Positions 59,405 through 64,000 of a stretch of 64,000 bases of DNA are shown in pieces (within the stretch, counting starts at the first letter, position 1; each line of letters opens with the position of its first letter). The notes beneath the pieces are model-generated. The model was not told the DNA's origin, ran no database searches, and worked only from the letters and a program-made list of their open reading frames with translations. Source of the stretch: Bacillota bacterium (lineage in GTDB: Bacteria; Bacillota; JAAYKD01); assembly GCA_963666425.2 (NCBI GenBank), contig OY762825.2, forward strand, positions 704,001 to 768,000, written 5' to 3'. A program made the position numbers and the translations under genes.

Positions 59405-61321
59405 ATGCAACCGATCACTTCTTATGCACAGTTGCTCGCTCTCTATGAACAGGAAACAGCCAAGACGAATCTTCGCTTACGGAAAGAGAATCTCGCACCT
59501 GATTTTATTCAGCTGCCCGAAGGCTGCCAACCGAACAGCGGTGAAATCCATGTCATGGTTTGCGCCGATACCGGCTGTGCGGCTTCCAACTCACTCGGCA
59601 TAGCCGACAAATTCGAGGCTGCCGTCGTAAAATATGGTTTAACTGATCAAGTGAAAATTATTCGGACCGGCTGCTTTGGACTTTGCTCGCAAGGTCCTGT
59701 GGTTGTGGTACATCCGGAACGCATCATGTACACGAAAATCACACCGGACAATGTAGAAGAAATTGTTACTTCTCATCTGCGCGATGGCCATTATGTAGAA
59801 CATCTATTGTTAGGTGCCCAGGAAGGGAACGCCATTACCAACTACGATGACGCTGTTTTCTTCAAGAAACAAGTCCGCATCGCCACCCGTAACTGCGGCG
59901 TGATCAATCCTGCCAGTCTGGAAGAATACATCTCTCAAAAAGGTTATTTGGCTTTGGGAAAATGCATTACCTCAATGACACCGCAGGATGTTATCGAAAC
60001 GATAAAAAAATCCGGTTTGCGTGGCCGCGGCGGCGCTGGCTTCCCCACCGGTAATAAATGGGCTTTTACTGCCGTGGAAAAAGAACCACAAAAATATGTC
60101 TGCTGCAACGCGGACGAAGGTGATCCGGGTGCGTTTATGGACCGCTCTGTCCTGGAAGGCGATCCGCACAGTATCCTGGAAGCCATGGCCATCGCCGGTT
60201 ATGCCATCGGCGCCAACCAAGGTTTCATTTATATCCGCGCCGAATACCCCAGCGCGATCCGCCGTTTGGTTTTTTCGATCGAAAAGGCCAAAGAAGCCGG
60301 TTTACTCGGTCAGCATATTATGGGCAGCGATTTCTCATTTGAGATTGAATTGCGCTTAGGTGCCGGTGCTTTTGTCTGCGGAGAAGAAACAGCTTTGATT
60401 GCTTCGGTAGAAGGAAACCGCGGAGAACCGCGCAACAAGCCACCTTATCCTGCCAATAAAGGTATTTATGGTAAACCGACCGTGATCAACAACGTTGAAA
60501 CATTTGCCAATATCTGCCCCATTATCAACAATGGTCCGGATTGGTTCAGAACCATCGGAACCGAAAAATGCGCCGGCACGAAAGTGTTCGCTTTGGCTGG
60601 GAAAGTCAATAATGTCGGTTTGATCGAAGTTCCTATGGGCACGACCTTACGTGAAATCATTTATGAAATCGGCGGCGGCATCGTCGACAACAAAGCCTTA
60701 AAAGCAGTACAGACCGGCGGTCCTTCCGGCGGCTGCATTCCTGTACAGCACTTGGACACGCCGATTGATTACGAATCTTTGCAAAAGATCGGCACCATGA
60801 TGGGTTCCGGCGGTATGATTGTTTTGGATGAAACCGCTTGTATGGTCAACATCGCCAAATTCTATCTCGGTTTTACCGTGGAAGAATCCTGCGGCAAGTG
60901 CACGCCCTGCCGTTTTGGCAATAAGTATTTACTGGAAATCCTGCAGCGAATCACCCATGGCGAAGGTACCATGGCAGACTTGGATAAGTTGGAATCGCTG
61001 GGCAACATCATTAAAGAAGCTTCTCTCTGCGGTTTGGGTCAGTCTTCTCCCAATCCGGTATTGAGCACTCTGCATTATTTCCGTGACGAGTATATCGCGC
61101 ATATTCAGGAAAAGCGCTGTCCGGCCGGTGTCTGCGCAGCTCTGCTGCATTACGAAGTACAGCCGGAACTCTGCATTGGCTGTACCCTTTGCGCAAAGAA
61201 TTGCCCCGCCAACTGCATCAGCGGCGCCGTTCGCCAACCTCATGTCATTGATCAAAGCAAGTGCTTAAAATGCGGTATCTGCGCCAGCAAATGCCCCAAG
61301 AAAGCCATCATAAAGAAATAG
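59405..61321 (+). CDS. [FeFe]-hydrogenase NuoF-like NADH/FMN subunit (HydB/HndC)
   Basis: GRGGAGFP, NADEGDPG and ESCGKCTPC motifs; C-terminal 2x[4Fe-4S]. Confidence 0.94.
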   Translation: MQPITSYAQLLALYEQETAKTNLRLRKENLAPDFIQLPEGCQPNSGEIHVMVCADTGCAASNSLGIADKFEAAVVKYGLTDQVKIIRTGCFGLCSQGPVVVVHPERIMYTKITPDNVEEIVTSHLRDGHYVEHLLLGAQEGNAITNYDDAVFFKKQVRIATRNCGVINPASLEEYISQKGYLALGKCITSMTPQDVIETIKKSGLRGRGGAGFPTGNKWAFTAVEKEPQKYVCCNADEGDPGAFMDRSVLEGDPHSILEAMAIAGYAIGANQGFIYIRAEYPSAIRRLVFSIEKAKEAGLLGQHIMGSDFSFEIELRLGAGAFVCGEETALIASVEGNRGEPRNKPPYPANKGIYGKPTVINNVETFANICPIINNGPDWFRTIGTEKCAGTKVFALAGKVNNVGLIEVPMGTTLREIIYEIGGGIVDNKALKAVQTGGPSGGCIPVQHLDTPIDYESLQKIGTMMGSGGMIVLDETACMVNIAKFYLGFTVEESCGKCTPCRFGNKYLLEILQRITHGEGTMADLDKLESLGNIIKEASLCGLGQSSPNPVLSTLHYFRDEYIAHIQEKRCPAGVCAALLHYEVQPELCIGCTLCAKNCPANCISGAVRQPHVIDQSKCLKCGICASKCPKKAIIKK

Positions 61322-61336
61322 GAGGAGATCGATCAT

Positions 61337-63079
61337 ATGTCTATCGTCAATCTGACCATCAATGGCTTACCGGTCTCCGTTGCAGCCGGTACTACAATTT
61401 TGGATGCCGCAAAAACCATCGGCATAAAAATTCCCTCGCTCTGCTATATGAATTTACCGGATGTTGACGTGAAATGCCAGTCCAGTTCCTGCCGTGTCTG
61501 TTTGGTGGAAATCGTCGGGCGCAAGAATCTGGCTCCCTCCTGCTCCACCAATGTGATCGAAGGCATGGTCATCCGTACGGACTCTGCACGTGCCGTGGAA
61601 ACCCGTAAAACCATCCTGGAACTGCTGCTTTCGAACCATCCGCACAACTGCCTGACTTGTAAACGCAACGATTCCTGCGAATTGAAAGCGCTTTCCAGCG
61701 AAATGGGCGTTGAACATTTACCCTTTGAGTCGCCGGTTCCCGAAGCGGTAGCGGATACTTCCAGTTTTTCCATCGTGCGGGACACCACAAAGTGTATCCT
61801 CTGCCGACGCTGCGAAACAGTTTGCAACGAAGTGCAAAAAATGGGCATCTATTCCGGTGTACGCCGTGGTTATGACACACGCATTGATACCGCCTTCCAT
61901 ATCCCCATGATTGACACATCCTGCACTTTCTGCGGACAATGTGTTGCCGTCTGCCCTACCGCTGCTTTAACCGAAGTGGATAACGGTCCTGCTGTATTTA
62001 AAGAAATCCGCAATCCGGATAAAATTGTGGTAGTGCAAACTGCTCCTGCCGTGCGGGTCGCTTTGGGCGAAGAATTTGGTTATCCGTCCGGCACTAATGT
62101 TACCGGCAAAATGGTAACTGCGTTAAAACGCCTGGGCTTTGATAAGGTTGTTGATACCGATTTTGCCGCTGATCTGACCATTATGGAAGAAGCCACAGAG
62201 TTGATCACCCGTATCAAAGAAGGCGGCGTTCTGCCCATGATGACCAGTTGCTGCCCGGCCTGGATTAAATTTATGGAACACAAATTCCCCGACCTGCTGC
62301 CTCATCTTTCCACCTGCAAATCTCCGCACGAAATGTTAGGCGCTATCTTAAAAGCGTATTATGCCGAGAAACTGGGCTACGATCTGAAGAATTTGGTTGT
62401 TGTTTCCGTCATGCCGTGTTTGGCTAAAAAATACGAAAATAACCGCCCGGAGTTGAGCAATCAAGCCTTACAGGATGTCGATATCGTCATCTCAACCCGC
62501 GAATTGGCCCACATGATCAAACACTCCGGTATCCAATTTGACGCTTTGAGCGATAGTGAATTTGACCGTCCGATGGGAGAAAGCAGCGGTGCTTCCGTTA
62601 TTTTTGGCAACACCGGTGGTGTGATGGAAGCGGCTCTGCGCACAGCTTATGAAACCCTGACCGGCCAGCGCCTGGAAAAAGTAGAATTCTGTGCTGTGCG
62701 TGGTTTTGAAGGCATCAAAGAAGCGACTGTGATGATCGGTGACTTGCCTGTCAAGGTTGCCATTGCCAATACGCTGCGCAATGCCAGAACCTTAATGGAA
62801 TCGATCCAGGATGGCAGCTGTCCGTATCATTTTATCGAAGTCATGGCTTGCCCCGGCGGTTGTATCGGCGGAGCCGGCCAGCCCTACCATCATGGCAATA
62901 TGGAAATTTTAAAAGCAAGAGCTGCCGGTTTGTATCGTGCGGATGAAGCCAAAACAATTCGCCGTTCACACGAGAATGTCGATCTGCAGAAACTCTACGC
63001 TGATTTTCTTGGTCAGCCGAACAGTCACAAAGCGCACGAATTACTGCATACGCATTATATCCAACGCAAACGCGACTAA
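61337..63079 (+). CDS. hydA: [FeFe]-hydrogenase catalytic subunit (group A, likely electron-bifurcating)
   Basis: H-cluster motifs TSCCPAW, MPCLAKKYE and EVMACPGGCIGG. Confidence 0.95.
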   Translation: MSIVNLTINGLPVSVAAGTTILDAAKTIGIKIPSLCYMNLPDVDVKCQSSSCRVCLVEIVGRKNLAPSCSTNVIEGMVIRTDSARAVETRKTILELLLSNHPHNCLTCKRNDSCELKALSSEMGVEHLPFESPVPEAVADTSSFSIVRDTTKCILCRRCETVCNEVQKMGIYSGVRRGYDTRIDTAFHIPMIDTSCTFCGQCVAVCPTAALTEVDNGPAVFKEIRNPDKIVVVQTAPAVRVALGEEFGYPSGTNVTGKMVTALKRLGFDKVVDTDFAADLTIMEEATELITRIKEGGVLPMMTSCCPAWIKFMEHKFPDLLPHLSTCKSPHEMLGAILKAYYAEKLGYDLKNLVVVSVMPCLAKKYENNRPELSNQALQDVDIVISTRELAHMIKHSGIQFDALSDSEFDRPMGESSGASVIFGNTGGVMEAALRTAYETLTGQRLEKVEFCAVRGFEGIKEATVMIGDLPVKVAIANTLRNARTLMESIQDGSCPYHFIEVMACPGGCIGGAGQPYHHGNMEILKARAAGLYRADEAKTIRRSHENVDLQKLYADFLGQPNSHKAHELLHTHYIQRKRD

Positions 63080-63085
63080 AAGGCA

Positions 63086-63125
63086 GGCGGTTCAGGCAAC
63101 AAAGTTGCCTGAACCGCCATTTTCT
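63086..63125 (+). terminator. Rho-independent terminator
   Basis: GGCGGTTCAGGCAAC-AAA-GTTGCCTGAACCGCC followed by a T-run. Confidence 0.85.
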
Positions 63126-63191
63126 TTCCCCTGGCAAAATGAAAAGTAACGATGCCACCCCAAAAGTGACACCGTTGCTTTTTTTACTGGT

Positions 63192-63791
63192 TTATTTCAT
63201 ACTGTTCGCCATCATGGGAATCGCGATGGTCACTTCATTTTGGTTCGGCCATACGCAATGCAAGGTATAGTAGAGATAGGTATATTCGCCATATGTTACC
63301 TGAAAGCTCGCACTGCCACCGCTGCCTTTTTCCTCTTTGCTCAGTTTCACTTCGGCGGTAAGGTCAGTTACCGGTTGCTGTGCGTCAGGCTGCAGGATAT
63401 CAAAGGTATAAAAATCACGTTCCAGTTTGATCTCCTGTGGCAAATTGGTGAGAAACTGTAGGTTCACCTTGCTGCCTTGAGCTATGACCTGCGGCAAGCT
63501 GTTCTCAGTCACAAACTGCTGATGAAAAACGGTCCGGTAAGCATCAAATACGTAAACTTGATCCTGCCAGCGGGCCGTGAGAATCAAATAATCTTTCACC
63601 TCTTTGACCACACCGCTTAATTCGGCAGTAATTTTCAGAGATAGTTCCGGTACGAAATTTCTCTCCGGTTCTGCTTGCGTTTCCGGTTCAAGCGGTTTTG
63701 GGCTGAAATAGTAGACTGACAATCCCGCCGCGAGCAAAAGTAAAACCACCAGGCCAAGCCATACATTCCGATTCATCTTCATATTGCTCAC
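63192..63791 (-). CDS. Hypothetical membrane-anchored/secreted protein
   Basis: N-terminal hydrophobic segment VWLGLVVLLLLAAGLSVYYF; AAAGGAG RBS. Confidence 0.65.
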   Translation of the reverse strand: MSNMKMNRNVWLGLVVLLLLAAGLSVYYFSPKPLEPETQAEPERNFVPELSLKITAELSGVVKEVKDYLILTARWQDQVYVFDAYRTVFHQQFVTENSLPQVIAQGSKVNLQFLTNLPQEIKLERDFYTFDILQPDAQQPVTDLTAEVKLSKEEKGSGGSASFQVTYGEYTYLYYTLHCVWPNQNEVTIAIPMMANSMK

Positions 63792-64000
63792 TCCTTTCCC
63801 GGTTTCGACTGCTTTGCCGCTGATGCAAAGCTATTTAGAACAAGATATTTTGCATTGCTGCTGTTTCTTACTTCATCAGATCGTCTCGCTTGACAAGGTG
63901 AGTTGCTGTGGCTTGACATGGATATTGCCTTTAACTCAAAATAATCTCCGGTTTTCTCTCGATGAATTCGGACTTTTTCAGGTTACATTTTCAAAAAATA

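Noticed and set aside
7020-63461. Numerous antisense or overlapping ORFs in the supplied track
   Set aside because: They are shadows of well-supported genes on the opposite strand or in another frame, with no motifs of their own

Overview
A chromosomal window from an anaerobic Firmicute (Clostridia- or Negativicutes-like, inferred from the gene content). Housekeeping and metabolic genes include hutH-ftcD-hutI, whiA, a polC lacking the usual exonuclease insert, cobamide nucleotide-loop genes, an M-box-controlled MgtE-cytosolic-domain/NRAMP pair, perR-rubredoxin-rubrerythrin, pyrB-pyrC-carA-carB-pyrK-pyrD, and a trimeric [FeFe]-hydrogenase (HydC/B/A type). The standout feature is at 1.3-5.7 kb. 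An array of seven same-orientation GTAG-type REP hairpins has two IS110 elements inserted at an identical CT core. The non-coding left end of the IS contains a readable bridge RNA: its target guides (ACCGTTCCCT / ATGTAG) match the REP site ACCGTTCC-CT-ACAT, and a second loop partly matches the element's own circle junction. Other notable items are an 83-bp triplication of a gene's RBS and first 18 codons, an AT-rich island encoding a GlmL-like ATPase module with an XRE-TPR regulator and nested transposon relics, an orphan truncated M-box leader at the island edge, and a conserved leader-peptide element downstream of the M-box. All calls were made by eye; no database searches were run.
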